A DNA stretch of 64,000 nucleotides, taken from assembly GCA_963814585.1 (NCBI GenBank), contig CAWFDF010000009.1, forward strand, positions 32,001 to 96,000. Reading direction: 5' to 3'. Positions within the stretch are counted from its first letter, which is position 1; the number at the start of each line of letters is the position of its first letter. This document shows positions 10,621 through 21,004 of the stretch, in pieces. A program made the translations under genes and the position numbers. Source of the DNA: an uncultured delta proteobacterium (lineage in GTDB: Bacteria; Myxococcota; Myxococcia; Myxococcales; Anaeromyxobacteraceae). The notes under the pieces were generated by a model. The model had not been told where the DNA came from. It saw only the letters and a program-made list of their open reading frames with translations, and did not search any database.

Positions 10621-11277
10621 GTGACCGGGGCGAGGCGCGAGGTCATCTGCGGTGACGGCGTCGAGCTCCTGCGGCGCGGGCACCTCCCGGCGGACCACGC
10701 CGTGGTCACCTCGCTCCCCGACCTGTCGGAGCTGCCGGCGCTCGGCCTGGAAGGCTGGCGAGCCTGGTTCGTCGAGACCGCGTCGCTGGCCTGCGCCGCG
10801 GTGGCCGACGAGGCGGTGGCGGTCTTCTACCAGACCGACGTGAAGCTGGACGGGCGCTGGATCGACAAGGGGCACCTCGTCCTCGCCGGCGCCGAGCGGG
10901 CCGGGGCCCACCTCCTCTGGCACAAGGTGGTCTGCCGCGCCCCGCCCGGCACGACGACCTACGGCCGCCCGGCCTTCGCCCACCTGCTCTGCCTGTCGCG
11001 AGGCCTCCGGCTCCCACCCGGCCGCTCCACGCCCGACGTCCTCCCTCGCCTCGGGGAGATGACGTGGGCCCGCGCCATGGGGCGCGAGGCCTGCGAGGCG
11101 GTGGCGCGCTTCCTCGTCGCCGACACCCGCTGCCGCGTGGTGGTCGACCCCTTCTGCGGCCTCGGCGGCATGCTGGCGGTGGCCAACGCCCACGGGCTCG
11201 ACGCCCTCGGCGTGGAGCGCTCGCCGAAGCGCGCCGAGCGGGCGCGCCGGCTGGTCCTCGGGCCCTCGCCCGGGTGA
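10621..11277 (+). CDS. Orphan SAM-dependent methyltransferase with DNA N4/N6-methylase-like layout
   Basis: ICGDG, VVTSLPD (position of SPPY), VDPFCGLG motif I near the C-terminus. Confidence 0.65.
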   Translation: MTGARREVICGDGVELLRRGHLPADHAVVTSLPDLSELPALGLEGWRAWFVETASLACAAVADEAVAVFYQTDVKLDGRWIDKGHLVLAGAERAGAHLLWHKVVCRAPPGTTTYGRPAFAHLLCLSRGLRLPPGRSTPDVLPRLGEMTWARAMGREACEAVARFLVADTRCRVVVDPFCGLGGMLAVANAHGLDALGVERSPKRAERARRLVLGPSPG

Positions 11278-11384
11278 CCACGGCGCCACGGCGGGCCCCA
11301 CGCCGCGGCGCGTAAAGCCTGGAGCCCGTCCTTTGGCTATGGTGCCGCGCTCCGTTCGCGCTGCCCGCCTCGCCGAGGACCCCG

Positions 11385-12509
11385 ATGACCCACGCCGCCA
11401 TCACCGGGTGGGGCAAGTGCCTGCCCCCCGCCGTGCTCACCAACGCCGATCTCGGCACCTTCCTCGAGACCGACGACGAGTGGATCGTCAGCCGCACCGG
11501 GATGAAGGAGCGCCGCATCTCGCACGTCTCGCTGGGCGAGCTGGCGCTGGTGGCGTCGTCGCGGGCCCTGGCCTGCGCCGGGCTCGACGCGGCGGCGGTC
11601 GACCTCATCATCGTCGGCAGCACCATCGGCGACGAGCTGGCGCCCAACGTGGCCTCGGGGCTCCAGCTCCGCCTCGGGGCGGCCAACGCCGCCGCCATGG
11701 ATCTCAACACCGCCTGCACCAGCTTCCTCTACGGCCTCTCAACCGCCACCGGCCTGATCCGCACCGGCGTGGTCAGGACGGCGCTGGTGGTGGGCGGCGA
11801 GGTCCCCACCCCGTTCATGGACTGGGAGGACCGCAACACCGCGGTGCTCTTCGGCGACGGCTGCGGCGCCGTGGTGCTGCAGGCCACCGATCGGGAGGAG
11901 GGGTTGCTGGCCGAGAAGCTCGGCTGCTACGCCGACGCCCGCGGCGCGCTCGACATCCGCGGCGTGGGCGGCCGCTTCGCCAACCGCGGCATCCCCTACG
12001 GCCACACCCGCTGGATCTTCGAGGGGCCGGAGATCTTCAAGCGCGCCGTGATCGGCATGGCCCAGGCCGGGCAGGACGCCCTGGCGAAGCGCGGCCTCGC
12101 CGTCGGCGACGTGGACCTGGTGGTCCCGCACCAGGCCAACCTGCGCATCATCGACGCGGTGGGGCGGCGGCTGGGCGTCGATCCCGGCAAGGTGTTCGTC
12201 AACGTCCACCGCTACGCCAACATGTCGGCGGCCACCGTCCCGGTGGCCCTGGTGGAGGCGCTGGAGGAGGGCCGGGTCCGGCCGGGCGCCACGCTGCTCC
12301 TGCCCGCCTTCGGGGCCGGCCTCACCTGGTGCGCCCACCTGGTGCGCTGGGGCGAGCGCATCACGCCGCTCGGCGCCAGCGCCGCGGAGCTGCCGCCCTG
12401 CGGCCAGACCGGCCTCGAGCTGGTCGACGAGCTGCGGGCCCGCCGCGCCGGCCACGCCGCCGCCGCCCGGGCCAGCATCGAGGCGGCCCAGGGGCTGTTC
12501 CAGGGGTAG
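11385..12509 (+). CDS. fabH: 3-oxoacyl-ACP synthase III (FabH family)
   Basis: ETDDEWIVSRTG, TACTSF catalytic Cys, LFGDG, PHQANLRI, YANMS, AFGAGLTW. Confidence 0.9.
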   Translation: MTHAAITGWGKCLPPAVLTNADLGTFLETDDEWIVSRTGMKERRISHVSLGELALVASSRALACAGLDAAAVDLIIVGSTIGDELAPNVASGLQLRLGAANAAAMDLNTACTSFLYGLSTATGLIRTGVVRTALVVGGEVPTPFMDWEDRNTAVLFGDGCGAVVLQATDREEGLLAEKLGCYADARGALDIRGVGGRFANRGIPYGHTRWIFEGPEIFKRAVIGMAQAGQDALAKRGLAVGDVDLVVPHQANLRIIDAVGRRLGVDPGKVFVNVHRYANMSAATVPVALVEALEEGRVRPGATLLLPAFGAGLTWCAHLVRWGERITPLGASAAELPPCGQTGLELVDELRARRAGHAAAARASIEAAQGLFQG

Positions 12510-12706
12510 CCGGTCGCCGAGGCCCGGCCGCGCCCTTGGACACCCAGCACCTTGCCGGGCGCGAAACGGATTTTCCCGGCTTGATCGCCCTCCCCGGGGG
12601 AACCGGCGATTCCGCCGCCGGGAGGAGGGCAATCGGCGCCCCGGCCGACTAGTTCCCTCACCGGAGACGAGGCCCCGACCCGTCCCGGAAGGAGATCCTC
12701 GTCGAG

Positions 12707-14537
12707 ATGACCACCGCACAACTCGAGGCGACGCGCCGGGCCCCGCCGCTCCCTCGCGCCGTCGTGAACGACTTCGCCGTCCAGGTGGCCACCGTCAACG
12801 GCTCGGGCTCGCAGAGCGCCAACACCGTGCTGCTCCGGGCGCTGTTCCAGATGGGGCTCCCGGTCTCCGCCAAGAACCTCTTCCCCTCCAACATCGCCGG
12901 CCTCCCGACCTGGTACACGATCCGCGTCTCCCGCGACGGCTGGGTGGCACGCAAGAAGGACGTCGACCTCCTGGTCGCCATGAACGGGGAGACCGCCCGG
13001 CAGGACGTCGCCTCGCTCCTCCCCGGCGCCGCCGTCGTCTACGACTCGCCGCTGGAGCTGGAGTCGCTGCGCTCCGACCTGATCTTCTACCCGGTCCCAT
13101 TCGACGACCTGGTCGAGCCGGTCACCTCGGACGCGCGCCTGCGCAAGCTGCTGCGCAACATGGTCTACGTCGGCGTGCTGGCCAGCCTGCTGGGGATCGA
13201 GCTCGCCGAGGTGGAGCGCGCCCTGGGGCGGGTGTTCGGCCAGAAGGCCCGGGCGCTCGAGCTGAACCTGCGCGCGGTCCGGCGCCGGCTTCGAGCACGC
13301 CGCCACCATCGAGAAGCGCGACCCCTACCGGGTCGAGCGGATGGACGCCACCGGCGGCAAGATCATCGTCGACGGCAACGCCGCCACCGCCCTGGGCGCC
13401 CTCTTCGCCGGCGTGACCGTGGTGACCTGGTACCCCATCACCCCGTCCACCTCCGTGGTGGAGTCGCTCCACGGCTACCTGGAGCAGCACCGGCGCACCC
13501 CCGACGGCCAGGCCACCTTCGCGGTGCTGCAGGCCGAGGACGAGCTGGCCGCCATCGGCATGGTGATGGGCGCCGGCTGGGCTGGGGCCCGGGCCATGAC
13601 GGCCACCAGCGGCCCGGGCGTCTCGCTCATGGCGGAGTTCGCCGGGCTGGGGTACTTCGCCGAGGTGCCGGCGGTGATCGTCGACGTGCAGCGGGTCGGG
13701 CCGTCGACCGGCCTGCCCACCCGGACCTCGCAGGGCGACCTGCTCTCGACCGCCTTCCTCTCCCACGGCGACACCCAGCACCTGCTGCTCTTCCCCGGCT
13801 CGGTGGAGGAGTGCTTCACCATGACCGGCCTGGCCTTCGACCTGGCCGAGCGCTTCCAGACGCCGGTCTTCGTCCTCTCCGACCTCGACCTGGGGATGAA
13901 TCCGTGGATGTCCGAGCCGCTCCCCTACCCGGAGACCCCGCTCGACCGCGGCAAGGTGCTGTCGAAGGCCGACCTGGACCGGCTGGGCGGCTTCGCCCGC
14001 TACCGTGACGTCGACGGCGACGGCATCGGCTGGAGGACGCTGCCGGGCACCGACCACCCGCGCGCCGCCTACTTCACCCGCGGCACCGGCCACGACGACC
14101 AGGCCGTCTACAGCGAGCGCTCCGACGTCTTCGAGCAGAACATGGCGCGGCTGCGCCGGAAGCTCGAGGGGGCGCGTCCGGCGCTGCCCCAGCCGGTGCT
14201 CACCGGCACCGGAGCCGGCCTCGGCCTGCTGGCCCACGGCTCCTCCGACCCGGCCGTGCGCGAGGCGCTGGCCCAGCTCCACCTGGAGGCCGGGCTCGTC
14301 GCCGACTACCTGCGGGTCCGGGCCTGGCCCTTCGCGGCGGCGGTGCGCGACTTCGTGGCCGCCCACGACCGGGTCTACGTCGTGGAGCAGGACCGCGACG
14401 CGCAGCTGCTGGCGCTGCTCCGCCTCGACCTCGAGCCGGCCCTGGCCGGTCGGCTCCGGTCGGTGGCCCACGTCACCGGGCTGCCGCTCGACGCCCGCTC
14501 CGTCTCCGACGAGATCCTGGCCCAGGAGGGGCGCTGA
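12707..14537 (+). CDS. korA: 2-oxoacid:ferredoxin oxidoreductase alpha subunit; one apparent frameshift near 13280
   Basis: TVNGSGSQSAN, FPSNIAGLPTW, YPITPST, QAEDELAA, TATSGPG, QRVGPSTGLPTRTSQGD. Confidence 0.88.
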
Positions 14538-14538
14538 C

Positions 14539-15579
14539 ATGGCCACCCCGACCGCCGCGGCACCGCGCGCCAACCGGCTCGGCCTCGCCGTCCTCGACTA
14601 CAAGGGGGGCAGGACCACCCTCTGCGCCGGCTGCGGCCACAACGCCATCTCCGAGCGGATCCTCGAGGCCTACTTCGAGCTGGGCATCCCGCCCGAGCAG
14701 GTGGCCAAGTTCTCCGGCATCGGCTGCTCCTCCAAGACCCCGGCCTACTTCATGAGCCGCTCGCACGCCTTCAACGCCGTGCACGGCCGCATGCCGGCGG
14801 TGGCCACCGGGGCGCTGCTCGCCAACCGCACCCTCCGCGGGGTGGGCGTCTCCGGCGACGGCGACACCGCGTCGATCGGCATCGGCCAGTTCGTCCACCT
14901 GGTCCGGCGCAACGTGCCCATGGTCTACGTGGTCGAGAACAACGGCGTCTACGGCCTGACCAAGGGACAGTTCTCCGCCACCGCCGATCCGGGTTCGACC
15001 TTGAAGTCCGGCGCGGTCGCCGACCTGGCCGCCATCGACATCTGCGCGCTGGCCATCCAGCTGGGCGCCAGCTTCGTGGGGCGCTCCTTCTCGGGCGACA
15101 AGAAGCAGCTCTCGGCGATGCTCAAGGCCGCGGTGGCCCACCGGGGAACCGCCCTGCTCGACGTCATCAGCCCGTGCGTCACCTTCAACGACCACGAGGG
15201 CTCGACCAAGAGCTACGCCTTCGTCAAGGAGCACGACGAGCCGCTCCACGAGCTCTCCTTCGTGCCGTCCTTCGAGGAGATCGACGTCGACTACGACCCC
15301 GGCACCACCCAGGACGTGACGCTCCACGACGGCTCCCACCTCCGGCTGCGCAAGCTGGAGGCCGGCTACGATCCCTCGGATCGGATCCGGGCCATTTCGC
15401 GCCTCATGGAGTCGGCGCTCGCCAGCGACGTGCTGACCGGCGTGCTGTTCCTCGATCCCGGGGCCCCCGACCTGGTCTCGCGCCTCGGCCTGGTCGAGGC
15501 GCCCCTGGCGACGCTCGGCGAGGAGCAGGTGCGCCCGCCCCGCGCCGTCCTCGACGCCATCAACGCCTCCCTGCGGTAG
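14539..15579 (+). CDS. korB: 2-oxoacid:ferredoxin oxidoreductase beta subunit
   Basis: LCAGCGH, SGIGCSSK, HGR, TPP motif GDGD...NNGVYGLTKGQ, SPCVTFN. Confidence 0.92.
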   Translation: MATPTAAAPRANRLGLAVLDYKGGRTTLCAGCGHNAISERILEAYFELGIPPEQVAKFSGIGCSSKTPAYFMSRSHAFNAVHGRMPAVATGALLANRTLRGVGVSGDGDTASIGIGQFVHLVRRNVPMVYVVENNGVYGLTKGQFSATADPGSTLKSGAVADLAAIDICALAIQLGASFVGRSFSGDKKQLSAMLKAAVAHRGTALLDVISPCVTFNDHEGSTKSYAFVKEHDEPLHELSFVPSFEEIDVDYDPGTTQDVTLHDGSHLRLRKLEAGYDPSDRIRAISRLMESALASDVLTGVLFLDPGAPDLVSRLGLVEAPLATLGEEQVRPPRAVLDAINASLR

Positions 15580-15603
15580 GGTCGCGGGCGGGAGGTAGCG
15601 GCG

Positions 15604-16536
15604 ATGGAGCGAGTGGTGGCGGTGATCGGCGCCGGCGTGATGGGGCACGGCATCGCCCAGCTCTTCGCCCAGGCCGGCTCGGCGGTGAGGCTGCACGACC
15701 TCGGGGAGCGGCAGCTGGCGGGCGGGCTGGCCGCCATGGAGGAGTCGCTGGCGCTGCTCGTCGAGGAGGAGGTGCTCTCCCCCTGGGAGGCGGCGTCGGC
15801 GCGGGCCCGGGTCCGGCCCACGACCAGCCTGGACGCGGCGCTGGCCGGGGCCGGCCTGGTGGTCGAGGCCATCCCCGAGGTGCTGGAGGCGAAGCTGGAG
15901 CTCTTCGACCGGATCGAGCGGGTGGTGGACGGGGAGGCCCTCGTCGTCTCCAACACCTCGACCATCCCCGTCAGCCGGCTGGCCCGGCGGGCGGGGCGGC
16001 CGGAGCGGATGGCCGTCACCCACTTCTTCAACCCGGCCCAGCTGGTCCCGCTGGTGGAGGTGCTGCCGCACCCGCGCATGCCGCCGGCGGCGGTGGAGCG
16101 GGTGCTGGAGGCGATGCGGCGCATCGGGAAGCGCCCGGTGCTGCTGCGCAAGGAGGCGCCGGGCTTCGTGGCCAACCGGCTCCAGGCGGCCGTGGTGCGC
16201 GAGGCCTTCCACCTCGTCGAGCTGGGCGTGGTCAGCCTGGAGGACGTCGACGCCGTGGTGACCGAGGGGCCGGGCTTCCGCTGGTCCTTCATCGGCCCCG
16301 CCGAGGCGGCCGACCTCGGGGGCCTCGACACCTGGCAGCGGGTGCTGGACAACCTGGCGCCGGAGCTGTCGCGCGCCGAGCGGGCGCCGGCGGCCATCCG
16401 CTCCAGCGTCGATCGCGGCGACCTGGGGGCGAAGTCGGGGCGCGGCCTCTTCGAGCATGCCCCCAGCACGCTGGCGGGGCGGATCCGGGCGCGGGACCGC
16501 TTCCTGGTCCGGCTGGCGAAGCTGAAGCGGGGGTGA
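15604..16536 (+). CDS. 3-hydroxyacyl-CoA dehydrogenase
   Basis: VIGAGVMG, EAIPE, SNTSTI, HFFNP, GFVANRLQ. Confidence 0.92.
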   Translation: MERVVAVIGAGVMGHGIAQLFAQAGSAVRLHDLGERQLAGGLAAMEESLALLVEEEVLSPWEAASARARVRPTTSLDAALAGAGLVVEAIPEVLEAKLELFDRIERVVDGEALVVSNTSTIPVSRLARRAGRPERMAVTHFFNPAQLVPLVEVLPHPRMPPAAVERVLEAMRRIGKRPVLLRKEAPGFVANRLQAAVVREAFHLVELGVVSLEDVDAVVTEGPGFRWSFIGPAEAADLGGLDTWQRVLDNLAPELSRAERAPAAIRSSVDRGDLGAKSGRGLFEHAPSTLAGRIRARDRFLVRLAKLKRG

Positions 16537-16567
16537 GGGTGGGTCGCCGCTGGGAGCCATGAAGACG

Positions 16568-16601
16568 CCGGGTGGCGGGCCGGCGGCGGCCCACCACCCG
16601 G
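16568..16601. terminator. GC-rich hairpin between convergent genes, probable bidirectional terminator
   Basis: CCGGGTGGCGGGCC / GGCCCACCACCCGG inverted repeat. Confidence 0.55.
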
Positions 16602-16617
16602 GGAATGGTCGGCCCTG

Positions 16618-16878
16618 CTACTTCTTCAGCCCGGCCACGTAGTCGGCCACGGCGGCGGCGTCGTCGATCTTCACCGGCTTCATCTTCCCCTGGCCCTCGT
16701 TGATGATCTTGAGGGTCTTGGCCGAGGCCGTCCCGGCGATGGGCTTCGCGTACATCTTGGCCCCCACGCCCTCCTTGCCGTGGCAGGCCGCGCACTTCTT
16801 CGCGAAGGTCTCGGCTCCGTCGGCGAGGGCGGTGGAGGCGAGGAGGAGGGCGGCGACGGCGAACACGACGCGCTTCAT
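16618..16878 (-). CDS. Small monoheme c-type cytochrome (c553-like)
   Basis: Signal peptide MKRVVFAVAALLLASTALA, CAACH heme motif, GKMKP distal Met. Confidence 0.9.
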   Translation of the reverse strand: MKRVVFAVAALLLASTALADGAETFAKKCAACHGKEGVGAKMYAKPIAGTASAKTLKIINEGQGKMKPVKIDDAAAVADYVAGLKK

Positions 16879-17067
16879 GGGTAATCCTTTCGAGGGACGG
16901 TTGGCGCTGCTGCGGCAGGATAGCGCATCCCCTTCCGGGGCGCACGCCATCCAGGCGAATGGGTCAGCTCGGGGCCCTACGACCTCTCCGACGGCCCGGC
17001 GTGCTGCCACATTCACCGCCCGGGTCCGGTCGGGCGCGGCTTCGACGCCGCGTCGGGGCCCTCCGGG

Positions 17068-18825
17068 TCACGGCGCCAGCAGGTCCCAGCCGTAGGCCTC
17101 GCGCTCCAGCGCGTCGTCGGCCAGCGAGGTGACCAGCGCGTCGTCGTTGGAGTCGACCCGGTGCAGGTTGCCGCGGATCCGGCTGCGCGCCGCGCGCGAG
17201 AAGACCCGGGCGATCTCCAGCTCGCGGGCCGCTCCCTTGTCGCCCCGCCGCTCCAGCGAGGCGGTGACGCGGGAGAGGACGCAGGCGGTGACGAAGAGGT
17301 CGATGAGCACGTCGGCGATCCGCCTGGAGACGAGCTGCTTGCCGATGATCTCCTTGCCATGTCGGCGCAGCTCGCGGTCGGCCACCCAGGCCACCTCGCG
17401 CACCAGCCCCTCGTAGTGCTCGCCGACCTCGGCCAGCGCCGGGTGGAGCTTGCTGAAGCTCCGCTTCTCGCCGACCAGGCCGGTCCGGATGGTGGCGTGC
17501 TTCATGGCGTAGTCGGAGAGGACGCCGAAGCCCTTGATGGGATCGTTCATGGCCCCCTTCAGCCCCTGGGCCAGCTCCTTGAGCTGGGTGCCGACCCGGT
17601 TCAGGGCGGTGAGAGCGATGAAGAGGCGGAGGATCTCGTTGGTGCCCTCGAAGATCCGGTTGATGCGGACGTCGCGGAGGATCCGCTCGTAGGGGAACTC
17701 GCGCATGTAGCCGTTGCCGCCGGCCACCTGCAGCGCCTCGTCGGCCGAGCGCCAGAGCGCCTCGGTGGCGAAGACCTTGGAGATGGCGGCCTCGACGGCG
17801 TAGTCCTCGTAGCCCTGGTCGGAGAGGCCGGCCACCACCCCCACCACGCTCTCGGTGGCATAGGCGTCGACCACCATCTCGCCCAGCTTCTGCTTCACCA
17901 GCCCGAACTCGGCGATGGGGCGTCCGAACTGGCGCCGCTCCTTGGCCTGCCGGGCCGTCATCTTGATGAGCGTCCGCATCCCGCCCACGCAGCCGCCGCC
18001 CAGCCCGGAGCGGCCGGCGTTGAGGATCTTCATGGCCGCCTTGAAGCCCTGCCCCACCTCGCCGAGCACGTGCTCGTCGGCCAGCTTGACGTCCTCGAAG
18101 ACCACGGTGGTGGTGTTGGAGGCCCGGATGCCCATCTTGTCCTCGTGCGGACCGGTCGAGACGCCGGGCAGGTCGCGCGGGACGATGAAGGCCGTCATGT
18201 GGGCCTTGCCGTCGCCGTTGCCCGAGGGCGTCTTGGCGAAGACCGTGTAGAAGCCGGCGATGCCGCCGTTGGTGATCCAGAGCTTCTCGCCGTTGAGGAC
18301 CCAGCCCCCGCCCTCGCGCCTGGCGTGGGTCCGGATCGAGGCGGCGTCGGAGCCGGCGCCCGGCTCGGTGAGGCAGAAGGCGGCGATCAGCTCGCCGCTG
18401 GCCAGCCTCGGCAGCCAGGTGGCCCGCTGCGCCTCGGTGCCGAAGAGGAGCAGGCCTCGCATGCCGATGGAGCTGTGGGCGCCCACGGTGAGGGCCACCG
18501 AGCCGTCGTGGGTGGCGATCTGCTGCAGCACGCGCGAGTAGGCGGCGGAGCCGAAGCCGAGGCCGCCGTGGGCCTCGGGGACGATGACGCCGAAGAGCCC
18601 GAAGGACTTGAGCTCGTCGAGGAACGCCGGCGGCATCTCGCCCTTCACGTCCCAGGCGCGGAACTCCTTCTCCTTCCCGCCCAGCAGCTGGTCGATGCTG
18701 GCGGCCACCTGCTCCACCAGCTCCCGCTCGCTCGCCTTCATGGTCGGGTAGGGGAAGAGGATCTCCTCCTCGATGCGCCCCATGCAGAGCGACTGGACGA
18801 AGCTGTCGACCTTCTTGTCGATCAC
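17068..18825 (-). CDS. Acyl-CoA dehydrogenase, long (VLCAD/ACAD9-like) type
   Basis: FCLTEPGAGSDA, GEKLWITNG, KMGIRAS, RRQFGRPI, RIFEGTNEILR, C-terminal extension; GGGAGG RBS. Confidence 0.93.
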   Translation of the reverse strand: MIDKKVDSFVQSLCMGRIEEEILFPYPTMKASERELVEQVAASIDQLLGGKEKEFRAWDVKGEMPPAFLDELKSFGLFGVIVPEAHGGLGFGSAAYSRVLQQIATHDGSVALTVGAHSSIGMRGLLLFGTEAQRATWLPRLASGELIAAFCLTEPGAGSDAASIRTHARREGGGWVLNGEKLWITNGGIAGFYTVFAKTPSGNGDGKAHMTAFIVPRDLPGVSTGPHEDKMGIRASNTTTVVFEDVKLADEHVLGEVGQGFKAAMKILNAGRSGLGGGCVGGMRTLIKMTARQAKERRQFGRPIAEFGLVKQKLGEMVVDAYATESVVGVVAGLSDQGYEDYAVEAAISKVFATEALWRSADEALQVAGGNGYMREFPYERILRDVRINRIFEGTNEILRLFIALTALNRVGTQLKELAQGLKGAMNDPIKGFGVLSDYAMKHATIRTGLVGEKRSFSKLHPALAEVGEHYEGLVREVAWVADRELRRHGKEIIGKQLVSRRIADVLIDLFVTACVLSRVTASLERRGDKGAARELEIARVFSRAARSRIRGNLHRVDSNDDALVTSLADDALEREAYGWDLLAP

Positions 18826-18902
18826 GGCGGCCTCCCGGAGGCGGGTCAGGGCCGCACGGTAGCCGGTTCGACGCGCCGCGGCAAGGACGATTGATTCTGA
18901 AA

Positions 18903-19694
18903 TCAGCGCCCCAGCACCGACAGCGCCGCCCCCAGCGCCCCCACCAGCTGCGGCTCGGGGAGCACCCGCACCGGCCGGCCCAGCGCCTCGGACAGCGCCA
19001 CCACCATGGCGGCGTTGAGCGCCACGCCGCCGCTCAGCAGCACCGGGCCGGCGCCGAGCTGGCCCCGGGCCAGCGCCGCCACCCGGGAGGCCAGCGCCAG
19101 GTGCAGGCCGCGGACGATCCCCTCGGCCGGCCGCCCCTCGGCCACCAGCGAGATCACCTCGCTCTCGGCGAAGACGGTGCAGGTGCTGGAGACGGTCACC
19201 GGAGCCTCGGCGCGCGCCGCGTACTCGGCCACCTCGGCCATCGGCACGTGCAGCCGCGCCAGGATCACCTCGAGGAAGCGGCCGGTCCCGGCGGCGCACT
19301 TGTCGTTCATGGAGAAGTCGGTGACGTCGCCGCCCGGGCCGATGGCGATCACCTTGGTGTCCTGCCCGCCCATGTCCACCAGCAGGCCGCCGCCGCCGGC
19401 CAGGGCGTGGGCGCCGCGGGCGTGGCAGGTGATCTCGGTGAGGACGCGCGCCGCCGCCACCCGCTTGCGGCCGTAGCCGGTGGCGCCGACCGGCAGCTCG
19501 GCGCCGGCCTCGGCCCGCAGCGCCGCGACCAGCCGGCCGCTCTGCTCCTCGATGCGCGGGTGGGTCGGCTCGAGCCGCCTCGCCAGCAGCGTGCCGTCCC
19601 GGTCCACCAGCACCGCCTTGCAGCTGGTGCTCCCCACGTCCACGCCGATGGCCGCGCCGGGTCCGGCCGCGCCGCGCTCGCCCCGGGCCGTCAC
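18903..19694 (-). CDS. ATP-dependent activase of 2-hydroxyacyl-CoA dehydratase (HgdC/BadG family)
   Basis: GVDVGSTSCK, ATGYGR, TEITCHARG, DMGGQDTK, MNDKCAAGTGRF, STCTVFAESE. Confidence 0.92.
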   Translation of the reverse strand: MTARGERGAAGPGAAIGVDVGSTSCKAVLVDRDGTLLARRLEPTHPRIEEQSGRLVAALRAEAGAELPVGATGYGRKRVAAARVLTEITCHARGAHALAGGGGLLVDMGGQDTKVIAIGPGGDVTDFSMNDKCAAGTGRFLEVILARLHVPMAEVAEYAARAEAPVTVSSTCTVFAESEVISLVAEGRPAEGIVRGLHLALASRVAALARGQLGAGPVLLSGGVALNAAMVVALSEALGRPVRVLPEPQLVGALGAALSVLGR

Positions 19695-21004
19695 TCGAAG
19701 CCCTCCATGAAGGCCGCCAGCCGGTTCTCCCCGGGCTCGGCCGCCCAGGCCCGCGGGTCGTTGTGGTCGGCCTCCAGCAGCAGCACCCGGATGCCGAGCT
19801 CGCCGGCCAGGCGCTCGCGCAGGTCGACCTGGCCGATCGAGTACGGCTTGCAGGAGCGGTCGCTGTGGAGGATGGCGCCGTCCACGGCGTAGTCGCGCGA
19901 GAGCCGCCGCAGGATGTCGAGCCGGTTGGGCAGGTCCTGGTTGAGGATGATGTGGGTGTAGGTCCGGGCCGCCGAGCCGATGGGATCGAGCGGATCGATC
20001 CCCACCCCGGCCTCGGCCCAGGCGTTGGTGTAGCTGGTGGAGACGAAGTTGAAGCCCCGCTCGGCCAGCAGCGTGGAGAAGCGGCGCACCGCGAACCAGA
20101 CCGGGAGGTTGTCCCAGAGCAGCCGGTACCGCTCCTCCTTGAGGCCGCCCACGCCGCGCGCCACCCGGTCGCCGAGCTCGTCGCGCAGGAGGCGGTAGTA
20201 GTCGTTGCAGGCCTCGCTGCCGCGCAGCGTGACGATGGGGGCGATGTGGAAGAAGCCGTCGATGCCGGTCCACGGCGCCGGCCTGGCCCGGCTGGCCTCC
20301 AGGCACTCGCCCCAGAGCCGGGAGCCCTCCTGCGCGGTGCGCGTCACCTCCACCAGCCGCTCGGGGTCGAGCGGCGTCCCGCCCACCCGCCCGGCCACCT
20401 GGCACAGCTCCTCGAGCTGCTCCTTCACGTAGGCCAGCTGGTGCGCCGAGGCCGTGCCGTGGACGAAGGGCGTGTCGACCAGCACCAGCGGCACGTCGAG
20501 GTGGCGCGCCAGCTCGCGGTACCAGTAGAGGACGGTCTGGCAGATGTTGGTGCAGCAGGCCAGCAGCTGCGGCCGCGGCAGCCGCCCCACCGGCGTCTTC
20601 CCGGAGAGCACGCTGCCGAGGTCGGTCCGCACGTAGCTGCACAGGTCGCGGGAGTAGCCTCGCCCCTCGGCCACGTCGGAGTACTCCGGCGTGAGCCGCG
20701 ACACGCCGCAGAGCGCCGCGTGGTTCTCGGGGTAGACGGTGTGGAAGCCGAGCGCCCGCAGCACCTCCACCGGGAAGCCGCTGGTCACCCAGGCCACCGG
20801 CACGGCGCCGTCGGCGTAGCGCCCCTGGAAGTAGTGGTGGCTCATCAGCTCCTTGAGCCGCCGCACCGACTCCAGCGGCGGGCCGAACGGGCCTCCGCCC
20901 GGCCCCCGGCGCGACCGCTTCAGCCGGTGCTGCCACGCCTCCAGCGCGGTGAGGACCGGGAAGGCGACCCGGCCGGCCAGCTCGTACCGGGCGCGTCGCA
21001 GCAT
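19691..21004 (-). CDS. 2-hydroxyacyl-CoA dehydratase/benzoyl-CoA reductase family subunit (HgdA/BcrB-like)
   Basis: VYPENHAA, GYSRDLCSY, TNICQT, HSDRSCKP, LEAD. Confidence 0.85.
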   Translation of the reverse strand: MLRRARYELAGRVAFPVLTALEAWQHRLKRSRRGPGGGPFGPPLESVRRLKELMSHHYFQGRYADGAVPVAWVTSGFPVEVLRALGFHTVYPENHAALCGVSRLTPEYSDVAEGRGYSRDLCSYVRTDLGSVLSGKTPVGRLPRPQLLACCTNICQTVLYWYRELARHLDVPLVLVDTPFVHGTASAHQLAYVKEQLEELCQVAGRVGGTPLDPERLVEVTRTAQEGSRLWGECLEASRARPAPWTGIDGFFHIAPIVTLRGSEACNDYYRLLRDELGDRVARGVGGLKEERYRLLWDNLPVWFAVRRFSTLLAERGFNFVSTSYTNAWAEAGVGIDPLDPIGSAARTYTHIILNQDLPNRLDILRRLSRDYAVDGAILHSDRSCKPYSIGQVDLRERLAGELGIRVLLLEADHNDPRAWAAEPGENRLAAFMEGFE

